Positions 9,337 through 19,200 of a stretch of DNA of 64,000 nucleotides are shown in pieces. Both the position numbers and the translations under genes were made by a program. Below the pieces are notes generated by a model. It searched no databases. It saw only the letters and a program-made list of their open reading frames with translations, and was not told the origin of the DNA. The stretch is from Candidatus Nomurabacteria bacterium RIFCSPHIGHO2_02_40_30. GTDB taxonomy: Bacteria; Patescibacteriota; Minisyncoccia; Phycocordibacterales; UBA9973. Location of the stretch: contig MFTV01000010.1 of assembly GCA_001785445.1 (NCBI GenBank), positions 101,566-165,565 of the forward strand. Reading direction: 5' to 3'. Within the stretch, counting starts at the first letter, position 1; every line of letters starts with the position of its first letter.

Positions 9337-11586
9337 TTATTTCATTTTGTTTAGTCTGTCTGGGCGATAGTTAGAACACTTATTACTACTACACCTTTCA
9401 GGTATAGTTTTTGTGCCTTCCATCATCAAAGACCCGCATTCTTTACAGACGTTGCCTGTAGGTTTGGCTTTGATGGCAAATTTACAGTCAGGGTAATTTG
9501 AACAAGAATAGAAAATTCCAAATCTTCCACGGCGCTCCGAAATGTCTCCCTTTTTACAAGTAGGGCAGATTACTCCAGTGCGTTTTTTTGCTTCTTCAGC
9601 CTCATCTTTCTTAATGAATTTACATTTTGGATAGCGAGAGCAAGAAATAAAGCTACCAGTGCCGTCTCGACGCTGTCGTATAACCAAAACCCCTTTTTCT
9701 TTCGGTTTACCTTTTTTTCCTGCCCCGTTGGAAGTACTCTTTCCTTCGGGGTCTCCACAATCAGGACACATTTCTCCGGTTTCTTTAGGGCCTTTTAATT
9801 CTGTGCCGTCAAGCATGAGGGCACCATCACAATCTGGATATTTGGAGCAAGAATAAAACTTACCTCCCCGTGAGAGTTTGATAATCATAGCGCTGCCACA
9901 TTTCGGACATTTCATATTCTCCGGAGCATCACCCAAGTTTGTAGCCTTTTCCAGCTTCTCTTTTGATTTTACGTCTTTAAGAAATGGTCCGTAAAAATCT
10001 TTCAATGTTTTCTCGTATTCGCGTTCACCTCGAGAAATTTCATCCAATTCATTTTCCATCTCAGCCGTAAAGCTATCAGATATATAACTCATAAAATGTT
10101 TCTCCAAGAAATCTGATACGACTTCACCTGTATCGGTGGGGAATAGTGTTTTACCTTCTTTGTTTACATAGCCTCTCTCTTCTATGGTCCTCATGATAGA
10201 CGCATAAGTAGACGGCCTGCCGATGTCTCTAGCCTCTAGTTCTTTGATTAAACCGGCTTCACTATATCTCCCTGGTGGCTCTGTAAACTTTTCTTCATTA
10301 TTTAGATCAAGTAACTTTAACTCTTCTCCAGTCTTGCAGATAGGCAATTCTACATCATCTCCGCGCGCGTCACTATCTATCGCGAGCCATCCTGGGAAAA
10401 GAAGCCGAGAGCCATTGGCAGTGAAGTCAGGTAATTCCTCATGCCCTTTTATCACCGCAGAAATTTTTGTTTTTAATAACTTTGCATCAGTCATCTGAGA
10501 AGAGATGGCTCGATCCCAAATTAGTCTATAGAGTCTGTCTTGGTCATCGCTACCAGCGGTAAGATTTTCTACATGTGTGGGACGAATAGCTTCGTGCGCT
10601 TCTTGAGCATTCTTGGATTTGGTTTTATAAATTCTGGCTTCAGCATATTCCTTGCCGTATTTTTTCTCCACGAAATTAATTATTTGAGTTTGCGCCACTG
10701 TGCCCAAGTTTGTACTGTCTGTTCGCATGTACGTTATATGTCCGGCTTCATAAAGTTTCTGCGCTATTTGCATTGTGCGTGAAGGGGAATAGCCGAGGCG
10801 TGAACTTGCAGTCTGCTGAAGAGTGGAGGTGGTAAATGGGGCGCGAGGGGAGCGTTTTTGCTCAGACTCTTTAACCGCACTTACAATCCAAGTGCCATTT
10901 TTTCCTTCAGTCATTATTTTCTCAACTAGTTTCGGGTCTCTCGGTTCTTCACTACACTCTAAAGTTATTTTGTCTCTCTTTATTGTTTCGAATAAACCAA
11001 ATATTCTCCAAAATTTTTCCGGAACAAAAGCTCGTATTTCTCTTTCTCGTTCCATAATTATACGCAATGCAGGAGACTGCACACGGCCAGCCGAGAGTCC
11101 GTAGCGTACCTTTTTCCAAATCAAACCAGAAAGGTCGTAACCAACGAGGCGATCTAATACTCGGCGCGCTTCTTGAGCTTTGCGTAAGTGAGTGTCTATT
11201 TTTCTCGGGTTTTGCAATGCTTCTTCTACGGCTTCTTTAGTTATCTCGTGAAAGGTGACTCGCGCTATCGGCGCTTTCACTTTTTTGTCTTGTTTCAAAA
11301 GTGTCTCTATGTGCCAAGCTATCGCTTCGCCTTCACGATCGGGGTCGGTAGCCAAAAGAACATCAGTCGCCTTTTCTGCCAACCCTTGCAGTTCGTGGAC
11401 AACTTTTTCTTTACCTTTAGAAACTTCGTAATGGGGGATAAAGCCACCTTCTATGTCGATGGCAATTTTATTTGATTTGGGTAAATCACGCACATGCCCC
11501 ACAGATGCGCGAACAGTAAATGCGCCTTCGAGATATTTCTCAATAGTTTTTGCTTTTGATGGTGATTCCACTATTAATAATTTCAT
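9337..11586 (-). CDS. topA: DNA topoisomerase I
   Basis: N-terminal Toprim 'MKLLIVESPSKAKTIEKYLEG' and several C-terminal Zn-ribbon CxxC...CxxC repeats. Confidence 0.9.
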   Translation of the reverse strand: MKLLIVESPSKAKTIEKYLEGAFTVRASVGHVRDLPKSNKIAIDIEGGFIPHYEVSKGKEKVVHELQGLAEKATDVLLATDPDREGEAIAWHIETLLKQDKKVKAPIARVTFHEITKEAVEEALQNPRKIDTHLRKAQEARRVLDRLVGYDLSGLIWKKVRYGLSAGRVQSPALRIIMEREREIRAFVPEKFWRIFGLFETIKRDKITLECSEEPRDPKLVEKIMTEGKNGTWIVSAVKESEQKRSPRAPFTTSTLQQTASSRLGYSPSRTMQIAQKLYEAGHITYMRTDSTNLGTVAQTQIINFVEKKYGKEYAEARIYKTKSKNAQEAHEAIRPTHVENLTAGSDDQDRLYRLIWDRAISSQMTDAKLLKTKISAVIKGHEELPDFTANGSRLLFPGWLAIDSDARGDDVELPICKTGEELKLLDLNNEEKFTEPPGRYSEAGLIKELEARDIGRPSTYASIMRTIEERGYVNKEGKTLFPTDTGEVVSDFLEKHFMSYISDSFTAEMENELDEISRGEREYEKTLKDFYGPFLKDVKSKEKLEKATNLGDAPENMKCPKCGSAMIIKLSRGGKFYSCSKYPDCDGALMLDGTELKGPKETGEMCPDCGDPEGKSTSNGAGKKGKPKEKGVLVIRQRRDGTGSFISCSRYPKCKFIKKDEAEEAKKRTGVICPTCKKGDISERRGRFGIFYSCSNYPDCKFAIKAKPTGNVCKECGSLMMEGTKTIPERCSSNKCSNYRPDRLNKMK

Positions 11587-11676
11587 GCAAGGCTAAGTAT
11601 TACACGAAAATCAAATTCTCGTCAAATTTCTGTCAAAAAAAGCTTGTGTCATAAGCTAAAAATAGGCTCCCTAAAC

Positions 11677-11705
11677 TTGACAAACATCGTAAATTATGCT
11701 ATACT
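11677..11705 (+). promoter_or_regulatory. Near-consensus sigma70 promoter (TTGACA, 17-nt spacer, TATACT)
   Basis: TTGACA at 11677-11682, 17-nt spacer, TATACT at 11700-11705. 'AAAGGA' RBS lies 9 nt before the ATG at 11756. Confidence 0.5.
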
Positions 11706-11755
11706 CCTTATTGGCTTCAGAAATACAGAACTCACTCACGAAAGGACCTACGAAA

Positions 11756-12190
11756 ATGCGAAGATTCGGTTTGTTCATTGCTACATTCCTGTTTGTCGGT
11801 CTTGGATCAGCGATGGCAGCGACTAAGTGCGAGGCTGCTAACGCTCGTCTTTTGGATGCGCAGATCACAGCGAAAGCTTCTTATAAGGCTGCTGTTGCGA
11901 AACGTGATGCCGCACTAAAAAAGTATGAAGACAACCTCGATCTCGCGCAGAAAGCGGGACGAATTCCTACAGAGCCGATCGAGAAGACCGACTTCAGTGA
12001 ACTCGAAAAAAAGGTTGATGAGGTGTGCGAGAAGGAAGTTGCACAGCTCGTCAATCAATGGGTCATCGTAACTAATCAGCTCGTGGCCGCACTTTGTCGC
12101 AACGACGCTGACAATAGAGCGTGTGCGAATCTCCGAGAAGTGGTCGACAGTATAAAGGCCATCAATTCTAAGGACAAGGCTGGCAACTAG
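11756..12190 (+). CDS. Small secreted cysteine-containing helical protein, hypothetical, GC-atypical
   Basis: ATG at 11756 with an RBS. Signal peptide MRRFGLFIATFLFVGLGSAMA|A. Mature ~120 aa with 4 Cys. Local GC ~50% against ~37% flanking. The ORF track's upstream extension (11696) lacks an RBS. Confidence 0.5.
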   Translation: MRRFGLFIATFLFVGLGSAMAATKCEAANARLLDAQITAKASYKAAVAKRDAALKKYEDNLDLAQKAGRIPTEPIEKTDFSELEKKVDEVCEKEVAQLVNQWVIVTNQLVAALCRNDADNRACANLREVVDSIKAINSKDKAGN

Positions 12191-12301
12191 CATCTAAAAA
12201 GTGACGCTCTGACACTTCAACATCAGAGCAACGGGTCGATAGGTCCCGAGAAACTATCAGAAAGCCAGTAGCCTTTAGTCGGGTTGTACTGGTTTTTTTA
12301 T

Positions 12302-13168
12302 TTATATTAATTTAATCTCACCCATTTCTTCCTTAATTAATTCTTTTATTTCCATTACAGATAGGATGGCGTTGGCGGTCGGAGTTGGGAATTTCATTGC
12401 TCTGATTAAATCATCTCTTCCCATAGGTTCACGAAGCAAGTCCACCACCTTTTTTTCTTCCGGCGATAAATCTAAAAATAATTTTGCTTGCTTTTCTTCA
12501 TCTTTTGGTTTTTCAAAACCCAGAGCTTCCAAAACATCTTCCGCGCAGGTTACGGGAGTTGCGCCTTGGTGCAATAATTTATTCGTGCCTTTGGAGTTGG
12601 GAGAAAATATTGAACCTGGAACCACTAATAAATCACGATTGTATTCTGTGGTGAGCCTTGCAGTAATAAGGGTGCCGGATCTTTCTTCCGCCTCTATTAT
12701 TAACGTTGCTTTTGAAATGCCGGCCATCAACCTGTTTCTCATGGGGAAGCTCCATTGGGTAGCTTTGAAAGTAGGTTCAAATTCTGATATTAAACATCCA
12801 CCATTTCCTACAATTTCTTCCATAAGTCTTACATTTGTTTTAGGGTACATTGCTTCAGCGGATAGCCCGGAACCTGGGAATACTAAAGTTTTTAACCCTA
12901 CCTGCATTGCCTTTTTGTGGGCGATAGTATCTATGCCCATAGCAAAACCGGAAACGACGGCTATAGGATAACCCTTTAATCCCGCAATTATTTTCTCGCA
13001 AGCTTCCCTGCCGTACGAAGTAAATTTACGCGAACCAACAACGCATAAATATATTAAATTCTCGGTAGGTAGCTCACCGATAATCCAGAGGTCGGCTGGA
13101 GGTTGAGGTATCTCCAAGAGTGCTTTTGGAAACTTATTTTTAGCCAACTTTTTGATTTCCACATACAA
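12302..13168 (-). CDS. dprA: DNA processing protein DprA/Smf
   Basis: Motif 'VVGSRKFTSYGREACEKIIAGLKGYPIAVVSGFAMGIDTIAHKKAM'. Start is TTG (13168) or GTG (13162); there is no in-frame ATG. Confidence 0.8.
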   Translation of the reverse strand: MYVEIKKLAKNKFPKALLEIPQPPADLWIIGELPTENLIYLCVVGSRKFTSYGREACEKIIAGLKGYPIAVVSGFAMGIDTIAHKKAMQVGLKTLVFPGSGLSAEAMYPKTNVRLMEEIVGNGGCLISEFEPTFKATQWSFPMRNRLMAGISKATLIIEAEERSGTLITARLTTEYNRDLLVVPGSIFSPNSKGTNKLLHQGATPVTCAEDVLEALGFEKPKDEEKQAKLFLDLSPEEKKVVDLLREPMGRDDLIRAMKFPTPTANAILSVMEIKELIKEEMGEIKLI

Positions 13169-13185
13169 TAGTATATAGTATATAT

Positions 13186-14451
13186 ATGTTAGACATCAAA
13201 TTCATTCGTGAAAACAAAGATATAGTGCAGGCAGGCGCCAAGAAAAAGCATACTGATATAGATATTGAAAAGCTTGTTACGCTTGATGACGAACGCCTGA
13301 AAGAACTAAAAGAAGTCGAAGACTTACGGGCAGAAGTAAATAGAGTCTCTAATGATATATCTCGCAATCAGGACTCGGCGCTCAAAATTCAACTCATAGA
13401 AGAAATGCGTATTGTTAAGGAAGATATTAAAGTCAAAGAAGGAAAATTGAAAGAAATAATAACAGAGTGGCAAGTTCTAATGTTGCAAGTTCCGAATGTA
13501 CCGGATATGAGTGTGCCCGAAGGATCGGGTGAAGATGAAAACAAAGAACTCCGGACATGGGGTGAAAAACCAGTCTTTAGTTTTGAACCCAAAGATCACA
13601 TTGAGATAATGACCAAACTCGATATGGCTGATTTTGAGCGTGGAGTTAAAGCACACGGCTTTAGAGGGTATTTTTTGAAAAACGACGGGGCATTACTGTC
13701 GTGGGCCATATGGAATTATGCGCAGGAATTTTTTCTGAAAAAAAATTTTAGTCCTTTTATTCCTCCGGTTATTTTAAATAAAGAGCATTTTTTCGGTACA
13801 GGACATCTACCAGGTGGAGCAGAAGATATCTTTCAAACCCAAGATGGTCAATATTTGGCCGGTACGGCCGAAGTACCAATGATGGCTTACCACGCAAGTG
13901 AAATACTTTCGGAGAAAGACCTGCCGAAACGTTATCTTGCTTTCTCTCCGTGTTTCAGAAGAGAAGCAGGTGCCCATTCCAAGGATGTAAAAGGTCTTAT
14001 TCGCGTGCATGAGTTTTATAAATTGGAACAGCTCGTTCTATGCAAAGCAAGTCATGAAGAGTCGGTAAAATTCCACGAAGAATTAAATCGTAACACTGAA
14101 GAATTTATAGAATCTCTTGGAATCCCTTATAGACAAGTTGTAATATGCACTGGGGATTTAAAAGGGGCTCATGTTAAATCATACGACACAGAGCTTTGGG
14201 TACCAAAAGAAGGGAAATATCGGGAGATAGCAAGCGCATCTTATTATCATGATTTTCAAACCCGCAGATTTGGCATTCGCTATCGTGACCAAGAAGGAAA
14301 AATACATTACGCGCATTCACTAAACGCTACCGCGATTCCTACCCCACGAATTCTGGTTTCTCTTATAGAAAACTACCAACAGGCAGACGGTTCTATAAAG
14401 ATTCCGGAAGTTTTAAGAAAATACCTAGGAGGAAAAGAATTTATAAAGTAA
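13186..14451 (+). CDS. serS: Seryl-tRNA synthetase
   Basis: N-terminal 'MLDIKFIRENKDIV' coiled-coil arm and class II core. Confidence 0.9.
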   Translation: MLDIKFIRENKDIVQAGAKKKHTDIDIEKLVTLDDERLKELKEVEDLRAEVNRVSNDISRNQDSALKIQLIEEMRIVKEDIKVKEGKLKEIITEWQVLMLQVPNVPDMSVPEGSGEDENKELRTWGEKPVFSFEPKDHIEIMTKLDMADFERGVKAHGFRGYFLKNDGALLSWAIWNYAQEFFLKKNFSPFIPPVILNKEHFFGTGHLPGGAEDIFQTQDGQYLAGTAEVPMMAYHASEILSEKDLPKRYLAFSPCFRREAGAHSKDVKGLIRVHEFYKLEQLVLCKASHEESVKFHEELNRNTEEFIESLGIPYRQVVICTGDLKGAHVKSYDTELWVPKEGKYREIASASYYHDFQTRRFGIRYRDQEGKIHYAHSLNATAIPTPRILVSLIENYQQADGSIKIPEVLRKYLGGKEFIK

Positions 14452-14457
14452 AATAGC

Positions 14458-15252
14458 ATGAAAAAGAGGAATGTTTTAAATTCTCCACGTCTCTTAGCGC
14501 TAAAAAGGCGCAAGCGAAGAACTGTTTTGAGTAAAATATTACTTTTATTAGTTGTACTTTTGGCAATCTTGGGAAGCCTTGCTTATATTTTTCGCATTCC
14601 TAGTTTAAATATTAAGTCGGTAGAAATAGATGGCACTAGAGTAATAGATGCAGATACTATTAGAGCGAATATAGAAAAAGAGATTGCCGGTAACTATCTC
14701 TGGATTTTACCAAAAACAAATATATTTTTGTATCCAAAAAGTAAAATTAAAGAGGAACTTAGTAAGAGTTTTAAGAGATTAAAGAATATAGATGTCTCTA
14801 CTTTAAATAATACTGTACTCAAAGTAACTGTCTTTGAAAGGGAAGCCAAATATTTGTGGTGTGAGACGGAGGAAAAATGCTACTTCATGGATGGAGACGG
14901 TTTTATTTTTGATGAGGCTCCGTATTTTTCCGGCGAGGTTTATTTTAGATTTTATGGTTCGAGTAACGGAGACTTTGTGAAGTTATTTCCATTTAAAAAA
15001 ATAATTGAAGATATGGGACTGAAGCCCATCGGGTTATCAATATTAGAAAACAGCAATGTTGAAATGTTTCTCTCCGGTAAAAGTAAGCCAAAAATAATCT
15101 TCAATGCGACTTCTGATTTTCAAAAAATAGCAGAAAACTTGCAGGCAGCCCTTGCCACCGAGCCACTACGCTCTGATTTTAAAAATAAATATTCATCTCT
15201 TTTGTACCTTGACTTGCGGTACGGAAATAAGGTCTACTTCAAGTTCAAATGA
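14458..15252 (+). CDS. FtsQ/DivIB-like cell division protein (N-terminal TM plus POTRA-like domain)
   Basis: Basic N-terminus, one TM helix, then a beta-rich extracytoplasmic domain. Assignment rests on architecture only. Confidence 0.45.
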   Translation: MKKRNVLNSPRLLALKRRKRRTVLSKILLLLVVLLAILGSLAYIFRIPSLNIKSVEIDGTRVIDADTIRANIEKEIAGNYLWILPKTNIFLYPKSKIKEELSKSFKRLKNIDVSTLNNTVLKVTVFEREAKYLWCETEEKCYFMDGDGFIFDEAPYFSGEVYFRFYGSSNGDFVKLFPFKKIIEDMGLKPIGLSILENSNVEMFLSGKSKPKIIFNATSDFQKIAENLQAALATEPLRSDFKNKYSSLLYLDLRYGNKVYFKFK

Positions 15253-16208
15253 TTAACCTAGGGTTCTGGGGAGAAATTAAAAAGCCGATTTTCTGCCTTG
15301 CGCCGATGGCAGACGTCACCGACTGCGCTTTCAGGCAGATAATTGCGAAATATGGTAAACCGGATGTTTTTTGGACAGAATTTGTATCAGCAGATGGATT
15401 GTGTAGTGCTGGCAGAGAAAAACTTTTAGTTGATTTTATCTACAGCGAAAACGAAAGACCAATGGTAGCTCAAATTTTCGGATCTAAACCGGAAAACATA
15501 AAGAAAGCTTCGGAACTTTGTAGAGAGCTTGGTTTTGACGGAGTAGATATAAATATGGGATGCCCTGATAAATCTATCGAGAAGCAGTGCGCCGGCGCAG
15601 CTATGATGAAAAATCCTCAACTTGCTCGGGAAATTATTCGTGCGGCCAAAGAAGGCGCAGGTGATTTGCCAGTGTCTGTGAAAACTCGCATTGGTTACAA
15701 TAAAAATGAAATTGAAACTTGGATAAGGGAGCTGTTGTCGGAAGATATAGCGGCGCTTACGGTGCATTTGCGTACCCGTAAAGAAATGTCTAATGTTCCT
15801 GCGCACTGGGACTTGATGAAAAGAATAGTTCAAATTAGAAATGAAATGAAGAAAAAAACTTTAATACTAGGCAATGGCGATGTCTTAAATTTAGAAGATG
15901 CGAAAAGAAAAGTGGAGGAGACAGGCTGCGACGGAGTGATGCTCGGTAAAGCAATCTTTGGTAACCCGTGGTTGTTTGCTGAAAAAGTTCCATCTATTAA
16001 AGAGAAGCTCGAAGTCATGATAGAACACACCAAGCTTTTTGAAAAAATGCTGAGTGGGCATAAAAACTTCGCCATTATGAAAAAACATTACAAAGCATAT
16101 GTGAATGGTTTTGATGGGGCGAAAGAGCTTCGAGTGAAACTCATGGAAGCTGAGAATGCTCTTCAAGTAGAAAACATAGCTAATGATTTTTTAGGTAAAA
16201 TAGAGTAG
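15249..16208 (+). CDS. dus: tRNA-dihydrouridine synthase
   Basis: Motif 'CLAPMADVTDCAFRQI' and TIM-barrel Dus motifs. Confidence 0.8.
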   Translation: MINLGFWGEIKKPIFCLAPMADVTDCAFRQIIAKYGKPDVFWTEFVSADGLCSAGREKLLVDFIYSENERPMVAQIFGSKPENIKKASELCRELGFDGVDINMGCPDKSIEKQCAGAAMMKNPQLAREIIRAAKEGAGDLPVSVKTRIGYNKNEIETWIRELLSEDIAALTVHLRTRKEMSNVPAHWDLMKRIVQIRNEMKKKTLILGNGDVLNLEDAKRKVEETGCDGVMLGKAIFGNPWLFAEKVPSIKEKLEVMIEHTKLFEKMLSGHKNFAIMKKHYKAYVNGFDGAKELRVKLMEAENALQVENIANDFLGKIE

Positions 16209-16217
16209 AATAAAAAT

Positions 16218-17255
16218 ATGCATGATTTGGCGTTATATCGTAAATACAGACCGAAAAAGTTTAAGGAGGTTCTGGGGCAGAACCACATCGTAGATGTCTT
16301 AGAGAGTTCTGTGGAGACAAATAAAGTCTCCCATGCATACCTTTTCGTAGGTTCGAGGGGAACAGGGAAAACTTCCGTGGCAAGAATTTTTGCTACAAGT
16401 ATTGGGGTTTCAATAAATGACATGTACGAAATAGATGCCGCCTCGAATAGAGGAATTGAAGATATTAAAGAGTTGCGTGATGGTGCACGAGTATTGCCTT
16501 TTGATTCTAAATATAAAGTTTATATCATTGATGAAGTGCACATGCTCTCGAAGGATGCTTGGGGAGCGCTACTTAAAACTCTAGAAGAGCCACCAAAGCA
16601 TGTAATATTTATTTTAGCTACCACTGAAATGCAAAAAGTGCCGGAGACTATTATTTCTCGCTGTCAGGTTTTTGTTTTCAAAAAAGCCACGGACACTGTC
16701 AATAAAAAGATGCTCATTGATGTTGCCAAAAAAGAAGGGTTTGAACTGGATGCTGGGTCAGCAGAGCTTCTCGCAATCTTGGCGGACGGCTCGTTCCGAG
16801 ATGCTCTTGGTGAACTTCAGAAAGTTGTGAACTTTAGCAAAGGAAAGAAAATAAAAATTGAAGATGTGGAGAAAATAACCGGCGCTCCAAAGACAGTACT
16901 CGTGAATAATTTTATTTCCGCAATCGCTGAAAAAAATCTAGAGAAGGGAATAGGAGTTGTCCAGAAAGCATCGGCAGAGAACCTAGACATGAAGTTATTT
17001 TTGAAACTTATAGTGTCGAAGCTACGTTTAGCTATAATTTTGCGCTATGCGCCAAAATTAAAAAATGAAATGGTAGGGGATTTGAGTGAAGCTGATATTG
17101 AATTCCTGCAAAACGTAGTCAAAACAGATAAAGAAGGCATGCTTCGTTCAGGGGCATTGGCTATTTTACTTGAAGCGTACCAGAATATAGACAATGCATT
17201 CATCGCCGAGCTGCCCCTCGAGCTTGCATTGGTTAAGATACTCGGCAAAGAATAA
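16218..17255 (+). CDS. dnaX: DNA polymerase III subunit gamma/tau, short form (345 aa)
   Basis: Motif 'YRPKKFKEVLGQNHIV', Walker A 'GSRGTGKTSVARI', Walker B 'IIDEVHML', sensor 'ISRCQVF'. Confidence 0.75.
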   Translation: MHDLALYRKYRPKKFKEVLGQNHIVDVLESSVETNKVSHAYLFVGSRGTGKTSVARIFATSIGVSINDMYEIDAASNRGIEDIKELRDGARVLPFDSKYKVYIIDEVHMLSKDAWGALLKTLEEPPKHVIFILATTEMQKVPETIISRCQVFVFKKATDTVNKKMLIDVAKKEGFELDAGSAELLAILADGSFRDALGELQKVVNFSKGKKIKIEDVEKITGAPKTVLVNNFISAIAEKNLEKGIGVVQKASAENLDMKLFLKLIVSKLRLAIILRYAPKLKNEMVGDLSEADIEFLQNVVKTDKEGMLRSGALAILLEAYQNIDNAFIAELPLELALVKILGKE

Positions 17256-17264
17256 GCTTAATAG

Positions 17265-17291
17265 GAAAACTCGTCAGTGGGGTGCTGACGA
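17265..17291. other. Perfect 8-bp hairpin just downstream of dnaX
   Basis: Stem ctcgtcag / ctgacgag around loop tggggtg. No T-run follows. Lies at the boundary of a GC-atypical segment. Confidence 0.4.
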
Positions 17292-17330
17292 GTTAGATAT
17301 TGCAGGCCATCAAACCCCAGGCCAGTTTAC

Positions 17331-17621
17331 TTAAACGAGAGCAGAAGTGACCCCCTGCGCCGTTTTAACGAATTCGTCGTAGCTCACGCCCTTTCCTGTA
17401 ACCACGGTTCTATCCAGATCGGGATCGTACACAGCAGGATAGATCGTGACTTTGGAGAATGAACCGACGTTTCCTTCCATAACCGTCTTGAGGTTGTGGA
17501 CCCAGGCGCGTTCAATGCCTGATGAACTTTTGCGGTTTTTCTTGTGGATGGGTTTTCGAGATCTACTGATGAAATCCAGATAGCCCACTTGGATGACGAA
17601 ACCTGCGGCTTTTTCTGCCAT
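17331..17621 (-). CDS. Hypothetical 96-aa protein on a GC-rich (~50%) segment; no recognisable family
   Basis: ORF with likely start MAEKAAGF at 17621. Composition is clearly different from flanking DNA. Confidence 0.3.
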   Translation of the reverse strand: MAEKAAGFVIQVGYLDFISRSRKPIHKKNRKSSSGIERAWVHNLKTVMEGNVGSFSKVTIYPAVYDPDLDRTVVTGKGVSYDEFVKTAQGVTSALV

Positions 17622-17766
17622 TGGCGTCTTTCCTCTTTTCCTTTTCGAGATTACTGTCAGCCTAAAAAACAAGGAACAAACAGTTAAGGAAACAATAGTA
17701 GAGAATCATGTTTATGTCAACAGTTAGATTTCAACCTGTATTTATGCTATAACTTAAGCGTTATAT

Positions 17767-17840
17767 TGGGATATCGTCTAATGGTAGGACAGAGGCCTTT
17801 GAAGCCTTTAATCGTGGTTCGAATCCATGTATCCCAGCAA
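17767..17840 (+). tRNA. trnQ: tRNA-Gln (anticodon TTG)
   Basis: Acceptor TGGGATA/TATCCCA (7 perfect pairs), anticodon stem gaggc/gcctt, loop ctTTGaa, T-loop GGTTCGAATCC. Resembles canonical bacterial tRNA-Gln. Confidence 0.8.
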
Positions 17841-17952
17841 TAAGGAATATCCGTATAGGAAAGGCGCTCTCGAAGCTAAAGGGCGGAATGCGTCGACCTT
17901 GTTGTTGGGCTGGTTGCAGTCATCGTTAAAATAAATCTGATATAATGTCCTT

Positions 17953-18411
17953 ATGAAAGAATTAGCGCCAGATGTAAACTCGCAAGAGCATTGGGAGAAT
18001 ATATTAGAGAAAAAGAGGATGCCGGCAGAGCTTCCATTTGAATCTGTGCGGGCAAAAAGGGTAGGAATCGACCTTGTATCTTTGGACTTGGTTGACTCTG
18101 AAGCCGAAGCATTTGCAAATAAACTAAGAGAGGAAGGACCGAATAACGTCCCAATGGAATTCCCAGAAAGTATGGGCGAAGTGATTTCTGAAATAGAAAG
18201 CCTAAAAGAAGCTTTAGTAACGCAAAATATTCCAGAACAAGAAATACATTTAACTATTCACACATCATGTGTCAACGACCAAGATTGCATAATATTATTC
18301 CATAATAATGGCAATAAATATCACTTTAATACAAAAGATATAAAAGGGTATACGAGAGAAAAAATGGTTGAGAGTCTAGCTTCGCACAATATTGCTTGTG
18401 GTGAAAAATAA
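17953..18411 (+). CDS. Hypothetical acidic protein
   Basis: ORF only. Moderately GC-elevated. Confidence 0.35.
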   Translation: MKELAPDVNSQEHWENILEKKRMPAELPFESVRAKRVGIDLVSLDLVDSEAEAFANKLREEGPNNVPMEFPESMGEVISEIESLKEALVTQNIPEQEIHLTIHTSCVNDQDCIILFHNNGNKYHFNTKDIKGYTREKMVESLASHNIACGEK

Positions 18412-18413
18412 AT

Positions 18414-18875
18414 ATGAATAACAAACTAAAAATAATAATTTCTATACTTCTACTACTTGTTATCGGTTATACTATAGGTACTTCTACCAGGAAAATTTCT
18501 GAAGAAGAAATAAAAACAATAGAGGAAAAAGTTACTTACGACAGAGCGTCTACGGATTTGATTGTGGTAAACCTTCCGTTTCCGGGGGCAGTCACGGGTA
18601 AAGAATTCAGCGTCATAGGCAAAGCCCGCGGAGTATGGTTTTTTGAGGCTTCATTCCCTATTGATGTTTTAGACAAAGATGGCAAAATTTTAGTGCAGAC
18701 TTTTGCCACAGCGCAAGGGGAGTGGATGACAAATGACTTTGTGCCATTTAAAGGAGAAGTGAAAGTACCCGAGTCTTACATAGGTCCTGCAACACTTATA
18801 TTAAGAAAAGACAACGCATCCGGTCTGCCGGAACATGATGCATCTGTATCATTCCCATTTGTTATAGAATATTAA
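18414..18875 (+). CDS. Gmad2 (immunoglobulin-like, GerM-associated) domain protein with N-terminal membrane anchor
   Basis: Motifs 'GKARGVWFFEASFPIDVLDKDG...GEWMTNDFVPF' match the Gmad2 family signature. Confidence 0.55.
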   Translation: MNNKLKIIISILLLLVIGYTIGTSTRKISEEEIKTIEEKVTYDRASTDLIVVNLPFPGAVTGKEFSVIGKARGVWFFEASFPIDVLDKDGKILVQTFATAQGEWMTNDFVPFKGEVKVPESYIGPATLILRKDNASGLPEHDASVSFPFVIEY

Positions 18876-18877
18876 TT

Positions 18878-19171
18878 ATGAAAAAAGTTAACATAGATAA
18901 CCTAAGAGGCACAGAATTTCAGAAAAAGGTATGGAAAGAAATTCTTAAAATTCCCGAAGGTGAAACAATTACTTATAAAGAACTGGCGAAGCGTATTGAG
19001 AAACAAAAAGCTATCAGAGCAGTAGCTAATGCTGTGGGAGCTAATCCTGCGCTTGTACTTATCCCGTGCCACAGAGTTGTTAGGAGTGACGGTTCACTTG
19101 GTGGGTATTCAGGTAAAGGTGGAATTAAAACCAAGCTCAAACTTTTAAATAAAGAAGGGGTTGCATTTTAA
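18878..19171 (+). CDS. ogt: Methylated-DNA--protein-cysteine methyltransferase, DNA-binding domain
   Basis: Active-site motif 'LIPCHRVV'. Confidence 0.75.
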   Translation: MKKVNIDNLRGTEFQKKVWKEILKIPEGETITYKELAKRIEKQKAIRAVANAVGANPALVLIPCHRVVRSDGSLGGYSGKGGIKTKLKLLNKEGVAF

Positions 19172-19200
19172 TTTTTTGTAGAAAATGCTAGAATAAATTT

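Noticed and set aside
10826-10845. G-rich segment 'tggggcgcgaggggagcg' in topA
   Set aside because: Its reverse complement does not match itself, so it is not a palindrome. It is just the coding sequence of a conserved region.
12258-12299. Possible rho-independent terminator after the secreted-protein gene
   Set aside because: Kept only as a mention. The stem ccagta/tactgg is just 6 bp with a 16-nt loop before the T-run, too weak to list confidently as a feature.
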